Notes: generated by a model not told the origin, from the sequence alone. A stretch of DNA of 64,000 bases from an uncultured Bacteroidales bacterium (GCA_963780735.1 CAWADB010000012.1:69354-133353); one strand, 5' to 3'. Positions 38,673 through 48,384 are shown, counted from the first letter of the stretch. Made by a program: numbers and translations.

Positions 38673-39596
38673 TTATCTGTATTTGGGGTCCTCTCCGAGA
38701 ATAATGCTTACATAGCTTTTGTACCGCCAGGGTGCTATTTCGTTGTCAGCAACGGCTGAACGTACGGCACAACCGGGCTCATCGAGGTGCATGCAGTTGT
38801 AAAAACGGCATCCTGACGAGGCCCGGAAAATCTCGGGGAAGAAATGATAGATCTCATTCCGGTCAAAGTCTATTACCCCGAAGCCTCTTATGCCGGGAGT
38901 ATCAATGACATATCCTCCTCCCGGCAGAGGATGCATCTCGGGGAAAGTTGTGACGTGTTTGCCCTGCTCATGGTATTCCGATATTTTTTTTGTCTTGAGC
39001 GATAAAGCAGGGTTCACCCTGTTCAGAAGCGTACTCTTTCCTACACCGGAATTACCGGAAAGGAGCGTGGTTTTGTTCTTCAGTGCCTCTTCTATCAGGT
39101 CAGTGTTGATATCCTTCGTGACAGAGACAATATAGACAGGATAGCCTATCTTTTCATAAACGCTTTTCAGCCTGAGGGCAAGGGTTTCCTCTTCAGGACC
39201 ATGAAGGTCCGATTTGTTTATTATGATCGAGGTTGGTATGCGGTAAGCCTCAGCTGTGGCCAGAAAACGGTCTATAAACTCAATGGGCGTGGCGGGCATT
39301 TTCAGAGAGACCATAAGGAATGCCTGGTCAATGTTTGCAGCAATGATCTGTGATTCTTTGGAGAGGTTTGTGGCTTTGCGGATGATGTAATTGCGCCTGG
39401 GCTCCAGGGCGGTTATCACGCTGTCAGCCTCATCGATGGTCACATTGTCTCCTACGGCTACGGGGTTGGTGGTCCGGATACCCTTAGACCTGAATTTCCC
39501 CCTTAGGGTGCATTCATGAATGTTTCCGGATTCATCACGCACCTTGTAGCGGCTGCCTGTCGACTTTATCACAACGCCACGGGTCAATTGCTTCAC
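38673..39596 (-). CDS. rsgA: Ribosome small-subunit-dependent GTPase A
   Basis: P-loop 'GNSGVGKSTLLN' and a C-terminal zinc finger 'CRFYNCMHLDEPGCAV'. Confidence 0.92.
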   Translation of the reverse strand: MKQLTRGVVIKSTGSRYKVRDESGNIHECTLRGKFRSKGIRTTNPVAVGDNVTIDEADSVITALEPRRNYIIRKATNLSKESQIIAANIDQAFLMVSLKMPATPIEFIDRFLATAEAYRIPTSIIINKSDLHGPEEETLALRLKSVYEKIGYPVYIVSVTKDINTDLIEEALKNKTTLLSGNSGVGKSTLLNRVNPALSLKTKKISEYHEQGKHVTTFPEMHPLPGGGYVIDTPGIRGFGVIDFDRNEIYHFFPEIFRASSGCRFYNCMHLDEPGCAVRSAVADNEIAPWRYKSYVSIILGEDPKYR

Positions 39597-39610
39597 ATTC
39601 AGGGTAAAAA

Positions 39611-39641
39611 TGAAAAAAGTGATGCCGGACCTCTCCCGGCA
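39611..39641 (-). terminator. Candidate rho-independent terminator after the PFK gene
   Basis: On the minus strand: TGCCGG-gagaggt-CCGGCA followed by 'tcaCTTTTTTCATTTTT'. Confidence 0.5.
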
Positions 39642-39672
39642 CCACCTCTTTTATCATCAGGGTAAACCATTT

Positions 39673-40878
39673 TCAATATTCTGCTGCCATGAGGAAGAAC
39701 GGCTTCATCTCAAAGTTTGAATAGTAAGGCCTCAGTCTCTCTGTATTGTAATACTCGGAAACCTTCACCACTTTCTTGGAGGAGGTAACGACATCGATGG
39801 GCACATTGTCATAGCGGCCGTTTTTAAGTACAACAACCCTTCCGTGCACTCCTTTCATTATCAGGTCAAGAGCCAGGTTTCCGTAGGCCATCGGTACAAT
39901 GGAATCAACGGCATCAGGATCGCCGCCTCTTACCATATAGCCAAGCTTCTGATCTATAGTATTGATTGTCTTACCTTTATTGAATTTAGGGGAAAGCTCT
40001 TTGAGTTTGGCAGAGACAATATCGCCTATGCCTCCAAGTTTGGCGTGCCCGTAGGCGTCTTTTTCGGCGTTTGTAAAGATCATTTCACCTCCCTTGAACA
40101 TTGCACCCTCAGAGATAAGCAGAGTTGAATATTTGCTGGGATTTGAGTTACGGTCCTCAACCATCAGCTGTGCCAGCTGTTCGATATCAAACTTGTACTC
40201 CGGTATGACGCATCTGTTTGCGGCGCCGGCCATGGTGGGAAGCATAGCCGTAAAACCGGCATAACGGCCGAAAACCTCCAGAATCATCATTCGTTCATGT
40301 GAGCCGGCTGATGTCCGCAGGCTGTTGGTCATCTGTATTGTGCGGGTGACACAGGTGCTGAAGCCAATGCAATAATCTGTGCCCGGTACATCATTATCCA
40401 TCGTCTTCGGTATTGCCACAACCTTCACTCCCTGCTTGTAGAGATGAACTCCATAACTGAGGGTATCGTCACCGCCTATTGGTATCAGATAATCTATCCC
40501 AAGCCATTCGAGGTTTTTAATAATTTCGGGGGTGAGATCATTCATATCATTCTTATAGACATCCTTCAGGTGTTCCGGAACATATGCCTTTGGAACATGG
40601 CTCGGCCGGGTACGTGAGGTATGAAGGAATGTTCCGCCCGTTCTTCCTGACTTGTTGACAATATCATCTGTCAGCAGCTGAAAGCAGTCGCTGTTGTCAG
40701 CCTTCGGATCCCTGATAATTTCAATGATCCCTCCCCATCCTCTGCGCAGTCCGATTACCTTATATCCTTCCCTGTTTGCCCTGATTGTCACAGCCCTGAT
40801 TGCAGGGTTAAGACCGGGCACATCGCCTCCTCCTGTCAGGATGCCAATCACTCCTTTAATTTTCTTCTGGTTTACCAT
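39673..40878 (-). CDS. pfp: Phosphofructokinase with PPi-type signature residues
   Basis: 401 aa with 'GGGDVPGLN', 'IGGDDT' and 'PKTMDND'. ATP-dependent enzymes have GGDG and PGTIDND at these positions. Confidence 0.88.
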   Translation of the reverse strand: MVNQKKIKGVIGILTGGGDVPGLNPAIRAVTIRANREGYKVIGLRRGWGGIIEIIRDPKADNSDCFQLLTDDIVNKSGRTGGTFLHTSRTRPSHVPKAYVPEHLKDVYKNDMNDLTPEIIKNLEWLGIDYLIPIGGDDTLSYGVHLYKQGVKVVAIPKTMDNDVPGTDYCIGFSTCVTRTIQMTNSLRTSAGSHERMMILEVFGRYAGFTAMLPTMAGAANRCVIPEYKFDIEQLAQLMVEDRNSNPSKYSTLLISEGAMFKGGEMIFTNAEKDAYGHAKLGGIGDIVSAKLKELSPKFNKGKTINTIDQKLGYMVRGGDPDAVDSIVPMAYGNLALDLIMKGVHGRVVVLKNGRYDNVPIDVVTSSKKVVKVSEYYNTERLRPYYSNFEMKPFFLMAAEY

Positions 40879-40976
40879 TTTACCTTGATGTTTTAAGATA
40901 CTTTAATGCAGGCGATAAAAGTAGGGCTTTTCAAAATCATATCAAAAGGTAATTACTCTCACCTTTATTTTTTTGA

Positions 40977-40984
40977 TATTTTTG
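40977..40984 (+). promoter_or_regulatory. Candidate -7 promoter box (TATTTTTG)
   Basis: Exact TAnnTTTG match 12 nt upstream of the preferred ATG of the C_GCAxxG_C_C gene. Confidence 0.35.
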
Positions 40985-40996
40985 AAGAAAAAGCGA

Positions 40997-41419
40997 ATGA
41001 ACAAAAAGGATAAGGCATTAAGCTTTTTCAGGGAAGGCTATAACTGTTCCCAGGCTGTTCTGATGGCATGTGCCGGTGAAAGTGAGGCTACTGCAAAAGC
41101 AGCAGCGGCATTCGGCGGCGGCATGGGCAGGATGCAGAAGACATGCGGCGCCGTCACGGGAGCTTATATCTGGTTCGGATTGAATTACGGCGCTTCCGGT
41201 CTGCCGCAGGAAAATGAGAAGATGCAGGTCTATGAAAGGGTGAAGAGCTTCAATAAGGCTTTTATGGAGAGAAACGGCACCGATCTTTGTTCAGAGCTTC
41301 TTGGAGAAGATCTCAATACTCCGGAAGGAAAGGCAAGAATCAAAGAGCGGGGCCTGCATGAAAAGGTATGCGAAAAATGTATCCTCGATGCCATTGATAT
41401 AATTGAAGAAATCCGTTGA
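40997..41419 (+). CDS. C_GCAxxG_C_C family putative redox-active protein
   Basis: 'YNCSQAVLMACAG', 'TCGAVTGA' and a C-terminal 'CEKC' are present. Confidence 0.8.
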   Translation: MNKKDKALSFFREGYNCSQAVLMACAGESEATAKAAAAFGGGMGRMQKTCGAVTGAYIWFGLNYGASGLPQENEKMQVYERVKSFNKAFMERNGTDLCSELLGEDLNTPEGKARIKERGLHEKVCEKCILDAIDIIEEIR

Positions 41420-41422
41420 GCC

Positions 41423-42337
41423 ATGCGGCGTGTTGTGATAACAGGCGGCGCAGGGTTCGTCGGATCTCATCTGAGTGTCCTGCTGGAGAAAGAAGATTAT
41501 GACGTTGTGCATCTTTCGCGCAGCAGAAAACCCGGGGAAAGATTCAGATCATACCGCTGGGATCCCGAAAGCGGTTACTGCGACAAGGATGCATTCAGAG
41601 AGGGCGATGCGGTTATTCATCTGGCAGGAGCCAATATCGGTGAAAAGCGGTGGAGTGCACGGAGAAAAAGAGAAATCATTGAAAGCCGGACAGCTGCGGC
41701 AGGACTGATTTACAATACTACGGTTGCATCAGGAATCAGACCTGAGGCTTTTATTACAGCATCGGGAAAAGATTATTACGGTACCGGCACATCGGAAAAG
41801 ATATTCAGTGAAACCGATCCTCCGGGAAACGACTTTATGGCTGAGACTTGCCGCTTATGGGAAGCTGCCGCCGTGCCGTTTGAAGCTGCAGGCGTCAGGG
41901 TTGTCAGGATAAGAACGGCCCTTGTGCTGGCCCCGGAGGGGTCTGCAATTTCAAAGCTCACGGCGCCTGCGCGCGCCGGCCTTATCATCAGGCTTGGACC
42001 GGGCACACAGTACTTCCCGTGGATACATATCGATGACCTCTGCAACATATATCTCAGGGCCGTCATTGATAATACGATGTCAGGTGCGTTTAACGCCTCA
42101 GCGCCTGATCATATTACGCATGACATGCTGATGAATGAGATAGCCCGGCAGAAACATCTGCCGGTGTTTCTTCCTCATGTGCCGCAATGGCTGCTGCATC
42201 TGGTTCTTGGAGAAATGTCGGTGGTGCTCACTACGGGGAGCAGAATTTCGCCAGATCGCCTTATCCGTTCAGGATTTGAATTCAGGTATCCGGATATTGA
42301 CCAGGCGCTGAGGGCTATTACCCCCGCTTTGAAATAA
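41423..42337 (+). CDS. TIGR01777/YfcH-type NAD-dependent epimerase-like protein (with DUF1731 C-terminus)
   Basis: Rossmann motif 'ITGGAGFVGSHL', 304 aa, with the family-typical ending 'GFEFRYPDIDQAL'. Confidence 0.85.
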   Translation: MRRVVITGGAGFVGSHLSVLLEKEDYDVVHLSRSRKPGERFRSYRWDPESGYCDKDAFREGDAVIHLAGANIGEKRWSARRKREIIESRTAAAGLIYNTTVASGIRPEAFITASGKDYYGTGTSEKIFSETDPPGNDFMAETCRLWEAAAVPFEAAGVRVVRIRTALVLAPEGSAISKLTAPARAGLIIRLGPGTQYFPWIHIDDLCNIYLRAVIDNTMSGAFNASAPDHITHDMLMNEIARQKHLPVFLPHVPQWLLHLVLGEMSVVLTTGSRISPDRLIRSGFEFRYPDIDQALRAITPALK

Positions 42338-43025
42338 CTTCCAGTTTATTCATATCGATGATCTCTATTGTGCGGCCGTACGATTTGATAATGCCGTCAC
42401 GCCTCAGCTCCGAAAATGTCCGGATGACGTTGGCCGAGCTCATGCTGATAAAATCTGCGATTTCCTTTCTTGAGACAGGCAGATCAAAAATACTTGAATG
42501 ATAAATGTCCCTTGAAAAATAGAGAAGTACATACGCAACTCTCCCGGCAAGGTTCCTGCTGCGTATCTCCAGCCCCAGGGTAATGATGTTCTCCGAAGTA
42601 CGCGAGAGAACAGATATAAGATTCAGGGCAAATTTCCCGTTTTTCTCAATCAGCTCCTGCATTAGGCTTATCCTTATGCAACAGGCTACCGAGTCTTCAA
42701 GCGCTGAGAGAGAGTAGCTGTAACGCCCTTCCGTGAAAACATTTGTATTACTTACAAATTCAAGCGGCCTGGCAATGGCAATTATTTGCTCTTCACCCCT
42801 GATTGATTTTCTGAACAGCTTCACCAGTCCGTTCTTCAGGTACTTGAAATCGTGTACCGGCTCTCCCTCTTCGTTGATGATTTCACCCCTGGAATATTTC
42901 TTTTCTTCCTTGGCATCGCAGATACGATCGATATCCTCCTGGCTGAGGTTTCCGAAAGCAACATCCCTGAGTTCGCAGGAAAAACAATCACATTTTTTCT
43001 TCGCTATTTTTAAGATCGTATCCAT
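42318..43025 (-). CDS. Crp/Fnr-family transcription regulator with an N-terminal Cys cluster
   Basis: cNMP-binding fold plus the C-terminal HTH 'SRKEIADFISMSSANVIRTFSELRRDG'. The N-terminus has 'CDCFSC' (C12, C14, C17), with further Cys at C36 and C115/C116. Confidence 0.85.
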   Translation of the reverse strand: MDTILKIAKKKCDCFSCELRDVAFGNLSQEDIDRICDAKEEKKYSRGEIINEEGEPVHDFKYLKNGLVKLFRKSIRGEEQIIAIARPLEFVSNTNVFTEGRYSYSLSALEDSVACCIRISLMQELIEKNGKFALNLISVLSRTSENIITLGLEIRSRNLAGRVAYVLLYFSRDIYHSSIFDLPVSRKEIADFISMSSANVIRTFSELRRDGIIKSYGRTIEIIDMNKLEVISKRG

Positions 43026-43031
43026 AAAGTG

Positions 43032-43039
43032 CAAATTTA
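43032..43039 (-). promoter_or_regulatory. Candidate -7 box (TAAATTTG) for the Crp/Fnr gene
   Basis: Exact TAnnTTTG match on the minus strand, 6 nt before the ATG, which implies a very short leader. It is one arm of a 9-bp inverted repeat with 43072-43080. Confidence 0.3.
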
Positions 43040-43072
43040 GAACAATCCGGAGATAAATTCGTTCAGCTTTTC

Positions 43073-43080
43073 TAAATTTG
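43073..43080 (+). promoter_or_regulatory. Candidate -7 box (TAAATTTG) for the PHP phosphatase-GH127 genes
   Basis: Exact TAnnTTTG match 27 nt upstream of the ATG at 43108. Confidence 0.4.
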
Positions 43081-43107
43081 ATGAATGGCATTAGCGCCCA
43101 AGGGTAT

Positions 43108-43893
43108 ATGATTTACAAAACTGATTACCACATCCACACCACATACAGTGACGGCAGGGAGGGGCCCGAAGCCTGTATTGCTGCAGCACTCAAAACCGGT
43201 CTCAGTGAGATTGGTTTCTCTGATCATCTCACTCCTGCCGGAGGGCATTTGAAATGGAGTATGGATCGTGACCGTCTGCCTGCTTATGCTGAACACATCC
43301 TCCGGCTTAAGAAGCAATTCCCGGAGATTGCCGTGAGAATGGGTATCGAGCTTGATTATATCCCGGGAAAGGAACAGGAAACTGCTGGTATAATTGACGC
43401 ATTTCCGTTTGATTACATTATCGGCTCTGTTCATTACCTGGGCGACGAAACAGTTGACCTCGGTCCGGAGTTTTATATCGGAAAAGATATCAGCCAGATT
43501 TACGAAAATTATTTCAACCTGGTCTGCGAGGCCGCTTCCACCGGCTTTTTTGATATCATGGGTCATGCTGACCTCGTGAGAATACACCGTTACCGGCCCG
43601 AGGAAGACATTACACATCTCTACAGCATGTTGGCGTCTGCCTTTGAGATCCATGATGTTGCCTTTGAACTGAACACCAACGGACGAAACAAGCCGCTGCA
43701 TGATTTTTATCCCGACAGAAAATATCTCCCGCTCTTTGCCGGACACGGAGTGCCTGTGTGCGTCAACTCTGACGCTCACTACCCCGGGCGTATCGGACAG
43801 TTCTCCGATGAGGCTTATGAACTTCTTAAGCTTTCGGGTTATACTGAAATGGCTGTTTTTAAAGGCAGGGAACGATATATGATACCGTTTTAA
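43108..43893 (+). CDS. PHP-family histidinol-phosphatase-like phosphoesterase
   Basis: 'DYHIHTTYSDG' and 'GFSDHL' metal-binding motifs are present. I prefer the start MIYKTDYHIH. Confidence 0.85.
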   Translation: MIYKTDYHIHTTYSDGREGPEACIAAALKTGLSEIGFSDHLTPAGGHLKWSMDRDRLPAYAEHILRLKKQFPEIAVRMGIELDYIPGKEQETAGIIDAFPFDYIIGSVHYLGDETVDLGPEFYIGKDISQIYENYFNLVCEAASTGFFDIMGHADLVRIHRYRPEEDITHLYSMLASAFEIHDVAFELNTNGRNKPLHDFYPDRKYLPLFAGHGVPVCVNSDAHYPGRIGQFSDEAYELLKLSGYTEMAVFKGRERYMIPF

Positions 43894-43903
43894 GTTTTAA
43901 AGT

Positions 43904-45811
43904 ATGAGAAAACCTGTTTGTGCCATTATTCTGGTTTCGATTCTTGGTGGCGGATGCGCTGACAATAAACCCGTAACCGTTTCCACCGGTAAGCGGGATG
44001 TAATTGAATTCAGGGTACTGCCTTTTGCGCTTAATGATGTCAGGCTTCTTGACGGGCCTTTCAAACATGCAACAGATCTTAATGTGGGTGTGCTTCTCAA
44101 ATATGAACCAGACAGACTCCTTTCCAAATTCAGATCAGAAGCCGGCCTTGAACCGAAAGCAGAACCGTACGGAGGCTGGGAAGCGGAAACACTTGCAGGA
44201 CACAGCCTGGGACACTATCTGAGCGCATTATCAATGATGTATCTCACAACAGGAGACACCCGTTTCCTTGAGAGGGTGAACTATATAGTGAGTGAACTGA
44301 AAGCATGTCAGGATGCCGGCGTATCAGGATATATAGGGGCTTGCCCCGGCGCCAGGAAGATCTTTGAGGAAGAGGTCAGCAAGGGAGTAATCCGCTCCCG
44401 GGGTTTTGACCTGAACGGTCTCTGGGCTCCCTTTTACACTCAGCATAAAATACTGGCCGGATTGCGCGATGCATACCGCCTCTGCGGCAATACTGCAGCT
44501 CTTGAGGTCTCTCAGCGCTTCGCTGACTGGATTTATACGGTGGTTGATGATCTCACACCAGAACAGATTGAGGATATGCTGCACTGCGAATACGGGGGTA
44601 TGCTTGAAGTGCTCACCGACCTCTATGCAGATACGGGCAAGGACAAGTATCTGAATATGTCACGGATTTTCCAGGATAAGTTCATTCTCGAGCCGCTGTC
44701 GCGCGGTGAGGATATCCTTCCCGGGAAACACGGCAATACGAATATCCCAAAGCTCATCGGTCTTGCACGCAGGTATGAACTGACAGGAGATACTCTTGAC
44801 AGGAAGACGGCTGAATTCTTCTGGGAGACAGTTGTAAAACACCATTCCTACGTCACCGGAGGACATGGCAACAAGGAATATTTCGGCGAGGCCGACAAAC
44901 TGCGCGACAGACTTGGTAATGAGACTTCCGAGACCTGCAACGTATACAACATGCTCAAACTGACTGACCATCTGTTTGAATGGACTGCCGATGCCGAAGC
45001 GGCTGATTTTTATGAAAGAGCCCTGTTCAATCATATACTCGCCTCTCAGCACCCCGGGAACGGAAGAGTTGTGTACAACCTCTCACTGGAGATGGGTGGA
45101 TACAAGGATTTTCAGGACCCCGAGTGGTTTACCTGCTGCATCGGTACCGGGATGGAGAATCATGCAAAATACGGCGGGTCAATATACTTTCACAATGAGA
45201 GGGAATTATATGTCAGCCAGTTTATTGCATCGGAACTGACATGGAATGAGAAAGGTCTTAACGTGACACAGATGACACACTATCCCGAGGAACAGGGTAC
45301 GGCACTTGAAATTGCAACCGATGCTCCCGTTAAACTTACAATAAACATCAGGTACCCTTCGTGGGCTGCAAACGGTATTGAAATCGTAGTGAACGGTCGT
45401 AAAGAGCAGTTTAAGAATGATCCCGGAAGCTTTATTCCCATCACCCGCAAGTGGAAAAACGGAGACCGTATTGAAGTAAAAATACCATTTGAGCTCCGCC
45501 TGGAATCTATGCCTGATGATTCGCTCAGGGTTGCTGTCTTTTATGGCCCTGTTGTTCTTGCCGGAGAACTTGGCCCTGTTGATGACCCGGCTGCTCTTGA
45601 TCCGCAGTACGTGCCGGTACTGATGACAACCGACAGATTTCCGGCAGACTGGACCGAGCCTGTTGAGAACAGTATCAGCACCTTTATGACAGATAGCACA
45701 GGACGCCCGCGCGATGTGCAGCTGAAGCCCTTTTACAGGACGTACGACGAACGATATTCAATATACTGGGATATGGTCTCAGGGGGAGCCCGTAAAGATA
45801 TGCCTGAATGA
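43904..45811 (+). CDS. Glycoside hydrolase family 127 (beta-L-arabinofuranosidase-like, DUF1680) lipoprotein
   Basis: 635 aa with the lipobox 'LGGGC'. 'ETSETCNVYN' (E-x-C) and 'WFTCCIG' (Cys-Cys) match the Zn/Cys catalytic centre described for GH127. Confidence 0.85.
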   Translation: MRKPVCAIILVSILGGGCADNKPVTVSTGKRDVIEFRVLPFALNDVRLLDGPFKHATDLNVGVLLKYEPDRLLSKFRSEAGLEPKAEPYGGWEAETLAGHSLGHYLSALSMMYLTTGDTRFLERVNYIVSELKACQDAGVSGYIGACPGARKIFEEEVSKGVIRSRGFDLNGLWAPFYTQHKILAGLRDAYRLCGNTAALEVSQRFADWIYTVVDDLTPEQIEDMLHCEYGGMLEVLTDLYADTGKDKYLNMSRIFQDKFILEPLSRGEDILPGKHGNTNIPKLIGLARRYELTGDTLDRKTAEFFWETVVKHHSYVTGGHGNKEYFGEADKLRDRLGNETSETCNVYNMLKLTDHLFEWTADAEAADFYERALFNHILASQHPGNGRVVYNLSLEMGGYKDFQDPEWFTCCIGTGMENHAKYGGSIYFHNERELYVSQFIASELTWNEKGLNVTQMTHYPEEQGTALEIATDAPVKLTINIRYPSWAANGIEIVVNGRKEQFKNDPGSFIPITRKWKNGDRIEVKIPFELRLESMPDDSLRVAVFYGPVVLAGELGPVDDPAALDPQYVPVLMTTDRFPADWTEPVENSISTFMTDSTGRPRDVQLKPFYRTYDERYSIYWDMVSGGARKDMPE

Positions 45812-45828
45812 AGGTAAATTCAATCTCA

Positions 45829-46395
45829 TCAACCTCCGGACATCAGATGCTCAATAAGGATTTTTGTGCCAATGGCTGCCAGTATAATTCCTCCAAGGAT
45901 CTCCACCCTTGAGCCGAGGCGGCTGCCGGCGGATTTTCCAATGCGTATGGCCGTCATTGACGCCAGGAAAGTCACAGTGCCGATAAGAAGGCCTGCGCTC
46001 CATATTTTCACATTGAGAAAGGCAAAGCTGATCCCGACGGCAAAAGCATCAATGCTCGTACCTACAGCCATGGTCAGAAGTACGGACAGCTTCCTGAAGT
46101 CAGCCGGCTCCCTGTCTTCATCCTTCTTTAGTCCTTCAATGACCATTCTTATACCAAGTATCATAAGCAGCCCGAATGCCACCCAGTGATCAAATTTTTC
46201 GATATACTGGCTGACCGTAGAGCCGAGAAAATAGCCGAGGACAGGCATAGCCCCCTGGAACAGTGCAAGCATCAGGGCAATACGAATGGCATTTTTGAAA
46301 TGCATTTTGGATTCGACAACCCCGCACGAAAGTGAAACAGCAAAGGTGTCAAAAGAAAGCCCCAGGGCGATACCGGTAATTGTTATAAAATCCAT
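45829..46395 (-). CDS. mntP: Manganese efflux pump MntP
   Basis: Duplicated 'SFDTFAVS' / 'SIDAFAVG' motifs in a 6-TM protein. I prefer the start MDFITITG. Confidence 0.85.
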   Translation of the reverse strand: MDFITITGIALGLSFDTFAVSLSCGVVESKMHFKNAIRIALMLALFQGAMPVLGYFLGSTVSQYIEKFDHWVAFGLLMILGIRMVIEGLKKDEDREPADFRKLSVLLTMAVGTSIDAFAVGISFAFLNVKIWSAGLLIGTVTFLASMTAIRIGKSAGSRLGSRVEILGGIILAAIGTKILIEHLMSGG

Positions 46396-46411
46396 GATGC
46401 AAATAAGGCTC

Positions 46412-46419
46412 CAAAAGTA
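46412..46419 (-). promoter_or_regulatory. Candidate -7 box (TACTTTTG) for mntP
   Basis: Exact TAnnTTTG match on the minus strand, 16 nt upstream of the mntP ATG. Confidence 0.35.
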
Positions 46420-46457
46420 GCCAATAATTACTATTTTTACCGCTTCGATTACCAAAA

Positions 46458-46910
46458 ATGAGAGTTCTGGTTCAGAGAGTTAAGGAAGCATCCGTTTCAA
46501 TTAACGGAGAACGCCGTTCGGCTATCGGGCCTGGTCTTCTTGTTTTTCTCGGGATTGAAGAAGCTGACGGGGATGATGATATCGGCTGGCTGGCTGCAAA
46601 AGTGGTAAACCTGCGTCTTTTTAACGACAGCAACGGAGTGATGAATCTGTCGGCATACGAAACCGGCAAAGAGATAATGATCGTCAGCCAGTTCACACTC
46701 CATGCTTCGACAAAGAAAGGGAACAGGCCATCATATATCCGTGCTGCCGGACCGGAGCAGGCTGCCCCGTTATATGATTCTTTCGTTGCCCGGACAGAGG
46801 AGCTTCTGGGCCACACCGTAAGCACCGGTGTATTCGGTGCAATGATGGAAGTAGGCCTGATCAACGACGGGCCGGTAACAATTTTTATTGACAGCAGAAA
46901 CAGGGAATGA
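46458..46910 (+). CDS. dtd: D-aminoacyl-tRNA deacylase
   Basis: 150 aa with 'MRVLVQRV', 'SQFTLHA' and 'NDGPVT'. Confidence 0.94.
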   Translation: MRVLVQRVKEASVSINGERRSAIGPGLLVFLGIEEADGDDDIGWLAAKVVNLRLFNDSNGVMNLSAYETGKEIMIVSQFTLHASTKKGNRPSYIRAAGPEQAAPLYDSFVARTEELLGHTVSTGVFGAMMEVGLINDGPVTIFIDSRNRE

Positions 46911-48283
46911 CGGATAAAGAAGTTAAAAGGTCTGTGCTCACCGTTACAGCCTTTGCATCGTTCCTTACACCATTCATGGGTTCTTCGGTGAACCTGGCAT
47001 TGCCGTCAATAGGTGATGAGTTCGGTGTCAATGCCGTTACCCTTAACTGGATAGTGAGCAGTTACATGCTCTCAACCTCAATTCTGCTCCTTCCGGCAGG
47101 AAGGGTCGGTGATATCCTCGGGCGGAAAAAAATATTCACCGCAGGGCTTGTCATCTTTACCCTGACAATGATCCTGCTAACCTTCACCCCCAATGTAGCC
47201 TGGCTTATAGGAGCGAGGGTGCTTCAGGGCCTGGGAAGCGCCATGCTTTTCGGCACCAGCATGGCTATCCTGACTTCTGTCTTTCCGCCCGGGGAGAGAG
47301 GAAGAGCAATGGGCATCAATGTAACGGCCGTATATATCGGGCTTGCTTCCGGTCCTTTCCTCGGTGGCTTGCTGACACGCTATCTGGGATGGAGAAGCAT
47401 CTTTGCATTCCTGGTGCCGATGGGCATAATAAGCCTCATTCTGATACGTACGAAAATGAAAGAGGAATGGGCAGAGGCCAAAGGCGAAATCTTCGACTGG
47501 CAGGGAGCTGTAATATACGGTCTGTCGCTGGCAGCGCTCATGTACGGGTTCTCGAAACTGCCTTCAGCGACAGGATGGATTATTACAGCCACAGGTCTCA
47601 TTCTCATGCCGCTGTTTGTCCTGAGGGAAAAGAAAACAAAGCACCCTCTGTTTGATATTACGCTTATTTCAAAAAACAGGGTATTTGCCCTCTCAAATCT
47701 TGCGGCTCTGATACATTATGCAGCCACCAGTGCAACAGGTTTCTTTCTCAGCCTTTACCTCCAGTACATTAAAGACCTGGGGCCCCGCGATGCGGGTTTC
47801 ATCCTCATGTGCTGGCCTCTGACCATGGCGCTGATCTCTCCTGCTGCAGGGAAGCTGTCTGACAAGCAGAACCCGGGTGTGCTGGCTTCAATCGGCATGG
47901 CCATTACCTCCGCCGGACTTATCATGTTCTGCTTTTTAACTGCCGAAACATCAATAGTTTTTGTGATTGCAGTGCTGGTCATAATGGGGATAGGCTTTTC
48001 CCTCTTCTCCTCTCCTAATTCGAATGCTGTCATGAGTTCCGTTGAAAAGAAACAACTGGGCAATGCGTCGGGTATGCTGGGCACAATGCGTAACGTTGGC
48101 CAGACATTCAGTATGGCAATAGCTCTGATGCTTCTCGCCCTGTTCATGGGACAGGCCAGGGTGAACCCCTCAAATTACCCACAGCTGCTCGGGGCGATGA
48201 AAAGCGGTTTCATTATATTTTCAGTGCTTTGCATCGCAGGCATCTTTGCCTCCCTGGCCCGTAACAACGGCCTGCGTAAATAG
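46907..48283 (+). CDS. MFS transporter (14-TM DHA2/EmrB-like)
   Basis: 458 aa with the motif 'GRVGDILGRKK'. There is an ATGA overlap with dtd. Confidence 0.85.
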   Translation: MTDKEVKRSVLTVTAFASFLTPFMGSSVNLALPSIGDEFGVNAVTLNWIVSSYMLSTSILLLPAGRVGDILGRKKIFTAGLVIFTLTMILLTFTPNVAWLIGARVLQGLGSAMLFGTSMAILTSVFPPGERGRAMGINVTAVYIGLASGPFLGGLLTRYLGWRSIFAFLVPMGIISLILIRTKMKEEWAEAKGEIFDWQGAVIYGLSLAALMYGFSKLPSATGWIITATGLILMPLFVLREKKTKHPLFDITLISKNRVFALSNLAALIHYAATSATGFFLSLYLQYIKDLGPRDAGFILMCWPLTMALISPAAGKLSDKQNPGVLASIGMAITSAGLIMFCFLTAETSIVFVIAVLVIMGIGFSLFSSPNSNAVMSSVEKKQLGNASGMLGTMRNVGQTFSMAIALMLLALFMGQARVNPSNYPQLLGAMKSGFIIFSVLCIAGIFASLARNNGLRK

Positions 48284-48384
48284 GTTGCTCATTCTTTTTG
48301 TTTGCATTTCATTAAAAACAATTAAATTGACCCCTGTTTGTCTTTAGACAACGAGCGGCTGTTTGTTTAAATATAATACTGATT

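Noticed and set aside
43072-43779. 235-aa ORF antisense to the PHP phosphatase gene
   Set aside because: The plus-strand product carries unambiguous PHP metal-binding motifs (DYHIHTTYSDG, GFSDHL). The antisense product has no motif and would run through the divergent promoter region.
46396-46457. Possible yybP-ykoY manganese riboswitch upstream of mntP
   Set aside because: Only about 60 nt separate mntP from the divergent dtd start. A -7 box sits 16 nt from the ATG. That is far too short for the four-helix riboswitch of about 100 nt or more.
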